Shown: positions 9,292-20,123 of the stretch, in pieces | Layout: each line of letters opens with the position of its first letter | Numbering within the stretch: position 1 is the first letter of the stretch | NCBI GenBank assembly: GCA_946404215.1 | Contig: CAMJCT010000006.1 | Span: 6,244 to 70,243, forward strand | Direction: 5' to 3' | DNA: 64,000 nt | DNA from: an uncultured Clostridium sp. | Lineage (GTDB): Bacteria > Bacillota > Clostridia > TANB77 > CAG-508 | Position numbers and translations under genes: made by a program | Notes under the pieces: generated by a model | Database searches by the model: none | What the model was told of the DNA's origin: nothing | What the model saw: the letters and a program-made list of their open reading frames with translations, nothing else

Positions 9292-10659
9292 ATGAAAAGT
9301 AAAAAAAATATAAAGGGCATATTAATTATAGCTGTTTTGGGGATAATGAGTTTGTTCTTTATAAATATGAGTTTTGCAGCCAATACAGCAAAAGTTGTAG
9401 TTGAGACAGCAAATCTTAGGGAAAAAGCAAATTCGGATAGTAGAATACTAGAATTGCTTTCTGCAAATGACAAAGTAGAAATATTGGAAAAAGATGGAGA
9501 TTGGTACAAGGTTAAAGCAAAAGGAATTACAGGGTACTTAAGAAATGATTTAATAAAATTAGACGACGAACAAGAACAAAATCAAAAGGATCAAAATATA
9601 GTTAGTGATGAATCTAATTCCCCAGAAGATGAACAAAAAGTGGAAACAAAAAGTAGTGAACAAACGCAAGTAGAAACAAATGAAATAAAATTAGGAAAGC
9701 AGAAGATAGGAGAAAATACAAAGTTAAAAATAGTTCCTACAATTAATGCTACAGATATAATTGAGGTAAATAAAGATGAAGAGGTAGAAATAACTGAAAT
9801 TATAAATGGATGGGTTTGCGTAGAAACTCAACTTGCAAAGGGATGGGTAAGACAAGAGAAAATAAAAAAAGAAGAACAGGTACATAAAGAAGATGAGCAG
9901 ACAGTTGAGGAAGAACAAGAAAATAAAGATGAATTAAAAGAGCAAGATAATGTAAAAGAAAAACAAGCTAATTCAAATACAGTATTGAAAACACTATTTG
10001 TTAACGGAGCATCAGTTAATTTAAGGAAAGAAGCCAATACTTCTTCAGAAGTAGTTGCTACATTGCCAGTAAATACAGCTGTGGATGTGTATGAAGAATC
10101 AAACGGATGGAGCAAAGTTAAAGTTAGTGGTAAAGAAGGGTATATATCTTCATCACTTTTATCTACTACTAAGAAAGAATCTTCAAGAAGTTTGGATAAT
10201 CCTAGAAAAGATGCTAATGTTAGTGATAGTAAAAGTGATAATGAAAGTAAAGATAATTCAAATAATGTAAATACAAAAAATAATGAAGTTTCAAAGCAAG
10301 ATTCATCTGTTGTGGAAGTAGCGAAGAGCTATATAGGAAAATCCCCATATGTATATGGTGGTTCTACACCAAGCGGATTTGATTGTTCTGGTTTTACATC
10401 ATATATTTATAAACAATTTGGTGTAAGTTTAAATAGAACAGCAGCTGGTCAATATAGTAATGGTACTGAAGTTGATAAAAGCGAGTTACAAGCAGGGGAT
10501 TTAGTAATGTTTGGAAAATCAGGGATTAATCATGTAGGTATTTATATAGGAAATGGTCAAATGGTTCATGCTGCAAATGCATCAAGGGGAATTACAACAG
10601 ATACAATTAATTCAGGATATTATTATAACAACTATGTTGGTGCAAGAAGAGTAATGTAA
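9292..10659 (+). CDS. secreted peptidoglycan endopeptidase, SH3b repeats plus C-terminal NlpC/P60 (C40) domain
   Basis: Signal peptide. Three SH3_3-like repeats (e.g. ANLREKANSDSRILELL...GDWYKVK). Catalytic region GFDCSGFTSYIY...INHVGIYIGNGQMVHA. Confidence 0.85.
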   Translation: MKSKKNIKGILIIAVLGIMSLFFINMSFAANTAKVVVETANLREKANSDSRILELLSANDKVEILEKDGDWYKVKAKGITGYLRNDLIKLDDEQEQNQKDQNIVSDESNSPEDEQKVETKSSEQTQVETNEIKLGKQKIGENTKLKIVPTINATDIIEVNKDEEVEITEIINGWVCVETQLAKGWVRQEKIKKEEQVHKEDEQTVEEEQENKDELKEQDNVKEKQANSNTVLKTLFVNGASVNLRKEANTSSEVVATLPVNTAVDVYEESNGWSKVKVSGKEGYISSSLLSTTKKESSRSLDNPRKDANVSDSKSDNESKDNSNNVNTKNNEVSKQDSSVVEVAKSYIGKSPYVYGGSTPSGFDCSGFTSYIYKQFGVSLNRTAAGQYSNGTEVDKSELQAGDLVMFGKSGINHVGIYIGNGQMVHAANASRGITTDTINSGYYYNNYVGARRVM

Positions 10660-10687
10660 TAAATTAAGCGATTAGGAAAGGATTTTT

Positions 10688-13202
10688 ATGAAAAGACCTA
10701 TTTTAGTTGCGATAATAGGGTATATAATAGGTATATTATGGGGGCTATATTTTAAACTAAATATAGTTCTCTTTTATTTTATTATTATTGCAAGTTATTT
10801 CAGCTTAAATTTTGTATATAAAAAATATTTAAATCATAAAAAAAACAAGTTAAAGATATTTTCTTTTAAAAGATATTTCAGATATGTAAAAATAATAATT
10901 ACACATAAAGTAATTATTTTAATTATTTTTTTTTCTATTATTTCAAATGTAATTATAAATATTAAAGAAGGTGAATTCGAAAAAATATATAATTCACCAG
11001 AAGATTTTTTAAGTGATTTAGTATGTGTTGTAGAAGGTAAAAAAGAAGAAAAGGAATATTATGATTGTTACATAATTAAAGTAATAAAATCCAATACAAA
11101 TAAACAGTTCGAGCAAAAAAAGATTTATGCTTATATTAAGAAAAGCAATTATAAAAGAATAATAGATATAGGAGATATTTTACAAATAAGTGGTAAATAT
11201 ATAAGACCAAATAAAATGAGAAATTATGGTGGATATGATGAACAAAAATATTTAAAGACTAAAAAGATATATGGAAAGTTAAATATTTCAAACTTAAAAG
11301 TACTGGAAAAAGAAAATCTAGTTATGAGATTGTCTAATAGAATATGTTCGAAAATAGAAGACAATATAGATATAGTTTTTGATAAGCAAGGAGCACAGAT
11401 TTTAAAAGGAGTATTGTTGGGAGACGATTCTGGTATAGATGAAGAGGTTAAAGAAAATTTTCAAGATTCAAGTATTTTACATATTTTAGCAGTATCAGGA
11501 ATGCACATTAATTATTTGGTATTAGGCAGTGTTGCTTTTTTTAAAAAAATAATAGGAAAAAGATATTCTAAAATTGTCACAATTATTATTCTTATAATAT
11601 ATATGTTTGTGTCTGGGTTTTCGCCCTCTGTAGTAAGAGCAACAATTATGGGAGTTCTATTTATTATTTCGAGTTTGGTTCACAGGAAAAATGATATTTG
11701 GACATCATTATCTATTTCTCTTTTTATAATTGTTATATATAATCCATATTTAATTATGAATGTGGGGCTACAATTTACATATTTTGGGACAATAGGGCTA
11801 GTAATGTTTAACAAAATGTTCTTCGAAATTTTAGATAATAAAAAAAGAGTAAAAGAAAAATGTAAAGGGAAAAAATATGAAAAACTAAAAAAGAAAGCAA
11901 AAGAATTTTTATCTGTTATTTTAGCTGCCCAAATAACAATATTACCTTTAAATATATATTATTTTAATAGTTTTAATCCATATTTTATTATTTCAAATTT
12001 TTTCACTAGTATTATAATATGTCCAGTTATAATATTTGGGTTTAGTTTTATATTCTTTTCTTTTATATTTATGCCAGTATCAAAACTAATATCTTTATTT
12101 GTTAAGATGGGTATATGTATTATTATTTTTATTTCAGAAATGGGAAATTTACCATTTTCAAAAATTTATTTACCCACTTTTAGGATTTGTTATTTAATAG
12201 TTTATGTATTGTTTATAGTAATATTTAAAAATTTATATTTTATTTATAATTCAAAACAAATAACAACTACACAAAAAAGAATAAGAAATATAGTTTCATT
12301 ATTAAAATACAAAATGAAAATTAATTCAATGAAATTGAAAACAATAAGTACCATATTTTTGATCATTATTATTATTTTTACTATTGTTCCAAAGAATTTA
12401 AAAATATACTTTGTTGATGTAGGTCAAGGTGATTGCACATTTATTGTTACACCTAATAACCAAACAATTTTAATAGATGGTGGTGGAAATGAATCTGGGA
12501 GTTTTGATGTAGGAAAAAATATTTTAATTCCATATATATTAGATAGGGGATATACAAAAATAGATTATATTATAGTAAGTCATTTTGATAGTGACCATTT
12601 TCAAGGTTGTGCTAAAATAATGGAAGAACTACAGGTAAAAACAGTTATTATTTCTAAGCAAGTGGAAACTAGTGAGAATTATGAGAAGTTTAAAGAGATA
12701 GTAAAAAATAAGAAGATTAAAGTGATAGTTGTAGGAGAAGGAGATAGGATTAATATTGAGAATGATTTTTATTTTGATATTTTATGGCCTAAAAAATCAA
12801 AAGTAATAAGTGAAAATACTTTAAATAATAATTCAATTGTTTGCAAATTAAATTATAAAAATTTTTCTGTGATGTTTACTGGAGATATAGAGGACATTGC
12901 AGAAAAGAAGATTTTAGAATCCTATAGTGGAAGATTACAAATTTTTGATTCAACAATTTTAAAAGTTGGACATCATGGTTCAAAGACTTCTTCATCACAA
13001 GAATTTTTAAATACAGTAAAACCCAAAATTGCTTTAATTGGTGTAGGAGAAAATAATAAATTTGGTCATCCTAATAGTCAAGTTGTAGAAAGGTTAGAAA
13101 AGCTTCGGAACAAAAATATATAGAACAGATAAAATGGGTGAGATTTCAATAAAAGTAGATAAGAATGGAAAAATTAAAGTAGATAAATGTATAAATTATT
13201 AA
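10688..13202 (+). CDS. comEC: DNA internalisation competence protein ComEC/Rec2. The frame breaks at 13106 (0-frame stop at 13121-13123) and the last 32 codons (GTKIYRTDKMGEISIKV...) continue in the +1 frame to 13202.
   Basis: Competence domain (ILHILAVSGMHI), metallo-beta-lactamase motif (HFDSDH...GHHGS). The family-typical YRTD C-terminus is present only in the +1 frame. Confidence 0.8.
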
Positions 13203-13248
13203 TACTTTACAAATACTAGTAAAAAGCTTAGCAAAGGAGAATTGTTTA

Positions 13249-13860
13249 ATGAATAAAGTAATTGCTACTATAATTTATATTATTGTCATATTAGGCGCAA
13301 TTATTATGGGAATGATAATATTTAATCATAAAAGTAATAAGTTTGAAGCGGATAAATTTGCAAAAGTAGACGATTTAGAAGAAGAGAATATTTTAGATGA
13401 TTGTACAGATGAATATGAAGAGTTAGAGGCTAATAAAATTGTGCAGGCAAATTCAAAAGATGAAAAAATATCTCCATATTGTTCTTTTACTATAAAGACA
13501 TATTATAAGGAATGTGGACATATAAAAAGCGAATATCTTAAATTGCCTGAAGAATTAGTAAATTGTACTAAGGAACAGATAAAGGAAAAATACAAAGAGT
13601 ATACATTGGAAAAGTTTTCAAGCAATGAAATTGTTTTATATCAGGAAAAAGAAGGACAGTGTGATGAGCATTATATAGTTAAAGATGATGAAGGAAAGGT
13701 AAAGATTTATAAAAAAGAACAAAATGGAGAAAATAGTTTAGTAGAGGAAACAGATATATCTACAGAGTATTTAACAAAAACAGATATAATGAATATGGAA
13801 AAAGGAATAGAGATTAATGGAAAACAAAATCTAAATCAATTTATAGAGAATTTTGAATAG
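13249..13860 (+). CDS. BofC-like sporulation protein (membrane anchor plus BofC C-terminal-type domain)
   Basis: N-terminal TM helix. GQCDEHYIVKDDEGKVKIYK...YLTKTDIMNMEKGIEINGKQNLNQFIENFE resembles the BofC_C pattern as I recall it. Confidence 0.55.
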   Translation: MNKVIATIIYIIVILGAIIMGMIIFNHKSNKFEADKFAKVDDLEEENILDDCTDEYEELEANKIVQANSKDEKISPYCSFTIKTYYKECGHIKSEYLKLPEELVNCTKEQIKEKYKEYTLEKFSSNEIVLYQEKEGQCDEHYIVKDDEGKVKIYKKEQNGENSLVEETDISTEYLTKTDIMNMEKGIEINGKQNLNQFIENFE

Positions 13861-13870
13861 AAACTAAATT

Positions 13871-13916
13871 AAAAATGCCATAGGTCATAATATATTATAA
13901 CTTATGGCATTTTTCT
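13871..13916. terminator. bidirectional terminator between the bofC-like gene and pgsA
   Basis: AAAAATGCCATAGG ... CTTATGGCATTTTT with A/T runs on both sides. Confidence 0.75.
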
Positions 13917-14493
13917 ATTTTTTATCAATTGTTACTTCTTTTTTTAAATCTTGTTTATCAATAAATCCTTTTTTATATAAATCTTTAACATACATAATTA
14001 ATGCAAATATAGTTGCAATTAGAGCTAGACAGTATAATCCAAAATCTAAATTAGACCATATACCAACAATTTCAAATTGCTTTAATAAAAGAGAGACTAC
14101 GATGGCAATATAAAATAAGACTGTTGCAAGTTTTCCATACCATCTACTATATACGACAACATCTTTTCCGTAAAGGAAAGAAGCGCCGCAAATCATAATA
14201 AATTCTTTTAGTAAAACAATTATTAATATCCAAATAGGTATAATACTTGTAATAACTAGACATGTAAGAGTAGATATTTGTGTTAATTTATCTGCTAGAG
14301 GATCCATCAATTTTCCAAAATTGGATATAACATTAAATTTTCTAGCAATAAAACCATCAGCAATATCTGTAATACCAGATAGAGTAAAAAATATAAATGC
14401 TAAAATATAGTTTCCTGTAAAAATATAAAATATAATAAATGGTATTAATAAAAATCTAATAATAGTTAAAGTGTTTGGAACATGTTTTAACAT
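13915..14493 (-). CDS. pgsA: CDP-diacylglycerol--glycerol-3-phosphate 3-phosphatidyltransferase
   Basis: CDP-alcohol phosphatidyltransferase motif DGFIARKFNVISNFGKLMDPLADK. Confidence 0.85.
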   Translation of the reverse strand: MLKHVPNTLTIIRFLLIPFIIFYIFTGNYILAFIFFTLSGITDIADGFIARKFNVISNFGKLMDPLADKLTQISTLTCLVITSIIPIWILIIVLLKEFIMICGASFLYGKDVVVYSRWYGKLATVLFYIAIVVSLLLKQFEIVGIWSNLDFGLYCLALIATIFALIMYVKDLYKKGFIDKQDLKKEVTIDKK

Positions 14494-14502
14494 AATTTTC
14501 TC

Positions 14503-16872
14503 CTATTTTACATCGAATTTTAATTTATCATCTTCATAGTTTATTAGAACGGTTTGACCATCTATAATTTCACCTCTTAAAATCATTTCAGAAAGGTCAT
14601 CTTCTAAATATCTTTGTATGGCTCTTCTTAAAGGTCTTGCACCAAATTTTACATCTGTACCTTTTTCAAGTATATAGTTTTTTGCAGAGTTTGTAATCTC
14701 CATTTTTATGTCTTTATCTTTTAATGCTTTTAAAGTATCTTTTATCATTAGGTCAACTATTTGTAATAGTTGTTCTTTAGTAAGAGAGTCAAATGAAACT
14801 ATTTCATCAATTCTGTTTAGAAACTCAGGTCTAAATACGTTTTTTAAGCTATCTATAATTTTAGTTTTACTAACAGTTTTTCCACCGAATCCAATAGAGT
14901 TGTTGTTTAGATTTGAACCAGCATTAGATGTCATAATAATTATTGTGTTTGAAAAACTAACTGTATTTCCTTGGCTATCTGTAAGTTTACCATCATCTAA
15001 AACTTGTAATAAAATATTAAATACATCGGGGTGAGCTTTTTCAATTTCATCAAGTAAGATAATAGAATATGGTTTTCTTTTTACTTTATCTGTAAGTTGA
15101 CCTGCATCATCATAACCAACATATCCTGGAGGTGCACCTATTAATTTAGAAGTAGAGTGGCTTTCCATATATTCAGACATGTCTATTCTTATTATAGAGT
15201 CTTCACTTCCAAACATTTCGTAAGCTAAAGATTTAGCAAGTTCAGTTTTTCCTACACCAGTAGGACCGACGAATATAAAAGAAGGTGGTCTTTTGGTACT
15301 TTGAAGTCCTGCACGGTTTCTTCTTATAGCCCTTGCTACACTGCTTACAGCCTCGTCTTGGCCAATAATTCTTTTATGAAGATTTGTTTCTAGGTTTAGT
15401 AGTTTTTGAGTTTCGGCTTCTGTTATTTTTTTAACAGGTATTTTTGTCCAGTTTTCAATAACATTAGCAATATCTTGTACTGTTATTTGTTTTAGTTTCA
15501 TTTTACTGTTTAGTTTATCTATTTCTTCAATAAGTTGACACTCGCGAGTTTTTAAGTCTGCAGCTTTTTGGTAGTCTTCTGTGGAGTCAGCAGCAACGAC
15601 TTCTTCTTTTTCTATTTGAACTTGATTTAGTTCTTGTTTTAACATTTCAAGCTTATATAAATCTTTATTTTCAAGATTAATTCGAGAACAAGCTTCATCT
15701 AAAATATCAATTGCTTTGTCAGGTAAAAATCTATCATGAATATATTTTTCAGACATTATTACTGCTTGGCGAATAACATCAGAAGAGATTTTTACTTTGT
15801 GGTATTCTTCATAATATTTTTTAATTCCTTCAAGAATTCCTATAGAATCATCAATATTAGGCTCTTCTACTAAAACTTGTTGGAATCTTCTTTCAAGAGC
15901 TGAATCTTTTTCAATGTATTTTCTATATTCTTTTATGGTTGTTGTACCAATTAGTTGAATTTCTCCATTAGATAATGCAGGTTTTAAAATATTTGCAGCA
16001 TTCATTGAATGTTCACCATCTCCGGCACCAATTATATTATGAATCTCATCAATTACTAATATAATATTTCCATATTCTTTACATTCATCAATTATACCTT
16101 TCATTCTTGATTCGAATTGACCTCTAAATTGAGTGCCTGCAATTACTGCTGTCATATCTAATAAATATACTTCTTTATTTAGTAATTTGGCAGGAACATT
16201 TTGGTTAGCTATTTTAATAGCAAGACCCTGTGCAATTGCTGTTTTACCTACACCAGGTTCGCCAATTAGGCATGGGTTATTTTTTGAGCGTCTATTTAAT
16301 ATTTGAACTATTCTTTGAATTTCTTTATCTCTACCAATAATTATATCTAATTCGTTATTTTTTGCTTTGTTTGTTAAATTAGTGCCATATGTATCTAAAA
16401 ATTTTTTCCTTTTACTTTGTTTAACGTTTTTCTTTTTTTCTACTTTTACTTTTTTTCTCGAATTAGAAGATTCTTCTTGTTCATCTTTATTATAATGATT
16501 TTGAGAATTAAACATATTTGAGAAAATAGAACCTAGCGGTATTGCTGCACCTGTTATTTTAGGATTGTTTCCATCGCTGTTTCCGTTTTCATCTGTGCTT
16601 TCAAAAGCTATTGCTCCTTCTATATTTTCCAAATCTTCCATATTAATATTTTCTGCTAAATCTTTAAAGATATTTTCAAATTGTTTTGTCATATCATTTA
16701 AGTTTATCTTATCTTTTGAAAGAATATCATTTTGCTTTGATAGAACTTCATCTGGATTAATGCCTTTTTTCTTGGCGCAGTCGTAGCAATATCCTTCCAT
16801 AGATTCTTTTCCGTTTTCTATTTTTTTATAAAAAAGTATTGCTGGATTTTTATTACATTCTGAACATAACAT
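14503..16872 (-). CDS. clpE: Clp/Hsp100 double-AAA+ ATPase with N-terminal zinc ribbon (ClpE-like)
   Basis: N-terminal CSEC...CYDC. Two Walker A sites (GEPGVGKTAIA, GPTGVGKTELA). Lacks the ClpC-type N-domain repeats. Confidence 0.75.
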   Translation of the reverse strand: MLCSECNKNPAILFYKKIENGKESMEGYCYDCAKKKGINPDEVLSKQNDILSKDKINLNDMTKQFENIFKDLAENINMEDLENIEGAIAFESTDENGNSDGNNPKITGAAIPLGSIFSNMFNSQNHYNKDEQEESSNSRKKVKVEKKKNVKQSKRKKFLDTYGTNLTNKAKNNELDIIIGRDKEIQRIVQILNRRSKNNPCLIGEPGVGKTAIAQGLAIKIANQNVPAKLLNKEVYLLDMTAVIAGTQFRGQFESRMKGIIDECKEYGNIILVIDEIHNIIGAGDGEHSMNAANILKPALSNGEIQLIGTTTIKEYRKYIEKDSALERRFQQVLVEEPNIDDSIGILEGIKKYYEEYHKVKISSDVIRQAVIMSEKYIHDRFLPDKAIDILDEACSRINLENKDLYKLEMLKQELNQVQIEKEEVVAADSTEDYQKAADLKTRECQLIEEIDKLNSKMKLKQITVQDIANVIENWTKIPVKKITEAETQKLLNLETNLHKRIIGQDEAVSSVARAIRRNRAGLQSTKRPPSFIFVGPTGVGKTELAKSLAYEMFGSEDSIIRIDMSEYMESHSTSKLIGAPPGYVGYDDAGQLTDKVKRKPYSIILLDEIEKAHPDVFNILLQVLDDGKLTDSQGNTVSFSNTIIIMTSNAGSNLNNNSIGFGGKTVSKTKIIDSLKNVFRPEFLNRIDEIVSFDSLTKEQLLQIVDLMIKDTLKALKDKDIKMEITNSAKNYILEKGTDVKFGARPLRRAIQRYLEDDLSEMILRGEIIDGQTVLINYEDDKLKFDVK

Positions 16873-17092
16873 ACTTCAAATTCCTCATTTCTATATAAAA
16901 TATCTATAATATAATACCTCAAAAATACAGAATAGTCAACTAATTTGGAATTTAAATGTTACAAGATAATGGAATAAACTATTAATAGTACTTAAGTTAC
17001 ATCTGTTATAAGACTTGAAACTATTATTTTGTAATATTCAAATTATTGATAAATATAAATATAAATGATATAATGAAAAAAACACAAGAAAG

Positions 17093-17965
17093 ATGGGAAT
17101 AAAGATGAATGTAACATTACCAGAAAAGAAAGTAATAAAAAAGAAAGTATTAATTGTATATGTATCTATAATAATATTTTGTATTATTTCTATTATTGTA
17201 GCTTCTTATGTACAATTCTATGCTAGAATAGACTTAGGAGTTTTAGTAGGGAAAGAGCCAAAAGAATATGACAAAAAGACAGAAGAAGAAGTTCAAGAAT
17301 TGGTATTAAATTTTGATAAAATATTTGATAATAGTATAAAAAATGTTAGCGAGTACAATAATGAAAAAAGAAAAGACAAAGAAAAAAATTTAATATATAC
17401 TAGTTTCGAAAAAAACGAAAACAAGATTAATTCTTATGATATGGATGTTAATATTCCTCAAATTAATATTGAAAACAAGATTATAGAAAACTATAATAGG
17501 GAAATTATAGACATTTTTAAATCCAAGGCAGAAAGTATATTAAAAAGTGATAGTAAAAATTCTATTTATACCGTGGAATATGTAGCAAATGTTGAGTATG
17601 ATATTTTATCTTTAATGATTAAATCTAATTTAAAAGAGGGTAATAGTGCACAAAGAATTATAATTCAAACATATAATTATGATTTGAGAAACAATAAAGA
17701 AATATCTTTGAAAGAGGTTTTAAAAATTAAAAATATAAATTCTGAAGAAACTCAAAAACAAATAAAAAATGAAGTAGAGATTCAACAAAAAAAAGTGGAG
17801 GATTTGCAAAAATTAGGGTATAACATATATAACAGAGATATTAATAGTGATATGTATAATATAGAGAATTCAAATCAATTTTATTTGAGTGATAATGCTA
17901 TATATATTGTTTATCCATATGGTAATAATACATTTACAAGTGAAATGGATATAATAATTTTATAA
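17093..17965 (+). CDS. membrane-anchored hypothetical protein, possibly DUF4163/DUF3298 (RsiV/PdaC-like fold)
   Basis: TM anchor. The C-terminal ...QFYLSDNAIYIVYPYGNNTFTSEMDIII resembles the DUF3298 ending. Weak call. Confidence 0.4.
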   Translation: MGIKMNVTLPEKKVIKKKVLIVYVSIIIFCIISIIVASYVQFYARIDLGVLVGKEPKEYDKKTEEEVQELVLNFDKIFDNSIKNVSEYNNEKRKDKEKNLIYTSFEKNENKINSYDMDVNIPQINIENKIIENYNREIIDIFKSKAESILKSDSKNSIYTVEYVANVEYDILSLMIKSNLKEGNSAQRIIIQTYNYDLRNNKEISLKEVLKIKNINSEETQKQIKNEVEIQQKKVEDLQKLGYNIYNRDINSDMYNIENSNQFYLSDNAIYIVYPYGNNTFTSEMDIIIL

Positions 17966-17995
17966 ATTTTAATAATTTATTATGATTTATAAATA

Positions 17996-18031
17996 AAAAC
18001 CGATTTAGATTTAATTTCTAAATCGGTTTTT
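17996..18031. terminator. bidirectional terminator between convergent genes
   Basis: AAAACCGATTTAGA / TCTAAATCGGTTTT perfect 14-bp stem. Confidence 0.85.
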
Positions 18032-18148
18032 GAAAATAAAAGGGGATGTTTTCTTTTTTAAACCAGTTGTTTCTGAACTGATTATGTTTGTATTTTAACA
18101 ACTAATTTTGTCCATTTTGTGAATTAATAGTGAAGAAATAATAAACAA

Positions 18149-19405
18149 TTATGGTTGTTCACCTAATGTAAGTGTTAATTCTTTTTCTTGACCGTTTCTA
18201 TTTACCTTTATTTTCATTTCATCACCAATTTGATGAGTATTTTTAATTTTGTTTAATTCGTCCATTTTTGAAACCTTAGTTCCATCTGCTTCTATAATAA
18301 CATCACCAGGTTTTAGACCGCATTTTTCGGCAGCAGAGAAATCATCTATTGATTTTACGTATATGCCAACTACAAGTTTATTTGCCTTTGCAGTTTTTTC
18401 ATTTAAATCCATACCAGATATTCCTATATAAGGTCTTTTTACTTTACTATATTGAATTAACTGAGAAGTAATATCTGTTGTAGAGTTAATAGGTATAGCA
18501 AAGCCCATACCTTCTATACCTGTTCCATATAGTTTTAAGGTGTTTATTCCAACTACCTTACCTTCGCTGTTTACTAAGGCACCACCACTATTTCCGGAGT
18601 TAATTGCGGCATCTGTTTGTATTAATGTAAATTTCTTTCCGTCAGAATCTGTTATTTCTCTATTTACTGCACTTATTACACCGCAAGTTATACTGCTTTG
18701 CATGTTTAATGGGTTACCTACAGCCATAGCGAATTCTCCAACTTTTATATTATCTGAATCTGCGAATTCTGCTTTTGAAAGTCCATTTTTTTCGATTTTT
18801 ATAACAGCTAGATCTGTTTGTTCATCTGTACCAATTATTTTGGCTTCATATTCAGTTTCATCATTAAACAATGTTACAGTTACTTTTGTTGCTTCAGAAA
18901 CCTCATAATAAGATTCAGAAGAGTTTGTATTTACAATGTGATTATTAGTTAAAATATAACCGTCGTCACTAATTATTATACCAGAACCACTTGCTGTTGC
19001 AGTTGAATTTTGGGATTGCATTCCAAACATAGATATTAAAGAATTAACACTATATTCAACTTTAATTCCAACTATTGAAGGTAGTATCTTGTTTGCAGCA
19101 TATACAGATGTATCTGAATAATTTGATAAAGATGACTGAGGGACTATTCCTGTATTTAAGGTATTTGAATTATTTGTTGTTGAAATATTTGAAGTATTTA
19201 AGATTTTTTGTTTAATTGATGGAATGCCAAAGCATGTTCCTATTACTAAAGTACATCCTACTATTCCACTGAAAAAAGGCAATACTATACTTTTACCAAA
19301 TCCAATTGTGTGTTTCGAATTATTAGATTTTTTTTCATAGTTATTATAATTTGAAACAGTTTTAAAAGTTTGATTCTTTTCTTCTTTTTTTTCATTTTCT
19401 TCCAT
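18149..19405 (-). CDS. htrA: HtrA/DegP-family serine protease with PDZ domain
   Basis: Catalytic TDAAINSGNSGGALVN, an N-terminal TM segment and a C-terminal PDZ-like region. Confidence 0.9.
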   Translation of the reverse strand: MEENEKKEEKNQTFKTVSNYNNYEKKSNNSKHTIGFGKSIVLPFFSGIVGCTLVIGTCFGIPSIKQKILNTSNISTTNNSNTLNTGIVPQSSLSNYSDTSVYAANKILPSIVGIKVEYSVNSLISMFGMQSQNSTATASGSGIIISDDGYILTNNHIVNTNSSESYYEVSEATKVTVTLFNDETEYEAKIIGTDEQTDLAVIKIEKNGLSKAEFADSDNIKVGEFAMAVGNPLNMQSSITCGVISAVNREITDSDGKKFTLIQTDAAINSGNSGGALVNSEGKVVGINTLKLYGTGIEGMGFAIPINSTTDITSQLIQYSKVKRPYIGISGMDLNEKTAKANKLVVGIYVKSIDDFSAAEKCGLKPGDVIIEADGTKVSKMDELNKIKNTHQIGDEMKIKVNRNGQEKELTLTLGEQP

Positions 19406-19589
19406 TATATAAAACCTCCTAAAAAATTAAAATAACAAATTATATTTTAACTTAATTTTCCATTATAATACAAGAGAAATGTGAATATTTTGTGAAAAAA
19501 ATTAGAATATTTGATATGTATTGAAATTATTTTAAATTAAATATATAATTAGATATATAATTAGATATATAAAAAAGTGAGGAGATAAG

Positions 19590-20099
19590 ATGAAAAAGTT
19601 AGAAGTAAATGAAAAAGGTATATCACTTGTTGCATTGATGGTAACAATAATAGTATTATCAATACTTGCTGGTATTACAATTTCTGGAGGAGTCAATGCT
19701 GTAAAAAGGGCGACACTAGAGGGATTAAAAACAAATATGATGTTAATTGAGGCAAAAGCTCGTGAATGTGTTGAGGAAGTAAATTTTAAGTTAGGACCAA
19801 ATAATCAAAAAATAGATGAGATAGCTTCTATAAGAGAAAGCGTTTATGAAACATCTGCAGGATTAGAAAAGGCACAGGGCTTACAAATAGATATACCAAG
19901 TGAAATACATATAGATGAAACAGTTTATTTGGTAACAGAAGATACAATGGAGAAGTGGGGTATAAGCAAAATTAAATTGGAAGAAGGAGAAGTATATTTA
20001 ATAAAATTTGATGAAACAAATTTAAATGTTGAAATATACAATAATTTAGGATTTGAGGGTAAATATTCATTAACAGAATTAAATGAAATAGAAATATAA
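19590..20099 (+). CDS. hypothetical protein with a pilin-like N-terminal hydrophobic segment
   Basis: MKKLEVNEKG|ISLVALMVTIIVLSILAGI resembles a prepilin leader plus helix but lacks Glu at +5. AGGAG RBS present. Confidence 0.5.
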   Translation: MKKLEVNEKGISLVALMVTIIVLSILAGITISGGVNAVKRATLEGLKTNMMLIEAKARECVEEVNFKLGPNNQKIDEIASIRESVYETSAGLEKAQGLQIDIPSEIHIDETVYLVTEDTMEKWGISKIKLEEGEVYLIKFDETNLNVEIYNNLGFEGKYSLTELNEIEI

Positions 20100-20123
20100 T
20101 ATAAAATAAGGAATGAAAAAAAG

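Noticed and set aside
13904-14113. 69-aa plus-strand ORF opposite pgsA, and 1941-2213 minus-strand ORF opposite the membrane-protein gene
   Set aside because: Both are antisense to genes with clear family motifs and start within terminator or promoter DNA.
16873-17092. CtsR operator (GGTCAAA-N3-GGTCAAA) upstream of the ClpE-like gene
   Set aside because: No convincing tandem heptad was found on either strand in the upstream region. AGTCAAC...TTTGGAA is too divergent.
19541-19572. Short tandem repeat ATATATAATTAG x2.5 upstream of the pilin-like gene, considered as a CRISPR or other repeat array
   Set aside because: There are only about 2.5 copies of a 12-nt AT-only unit with no spacers. This is low-complexity promoter-region DNA. 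No CRISPR-like array exists anywhere in the window.
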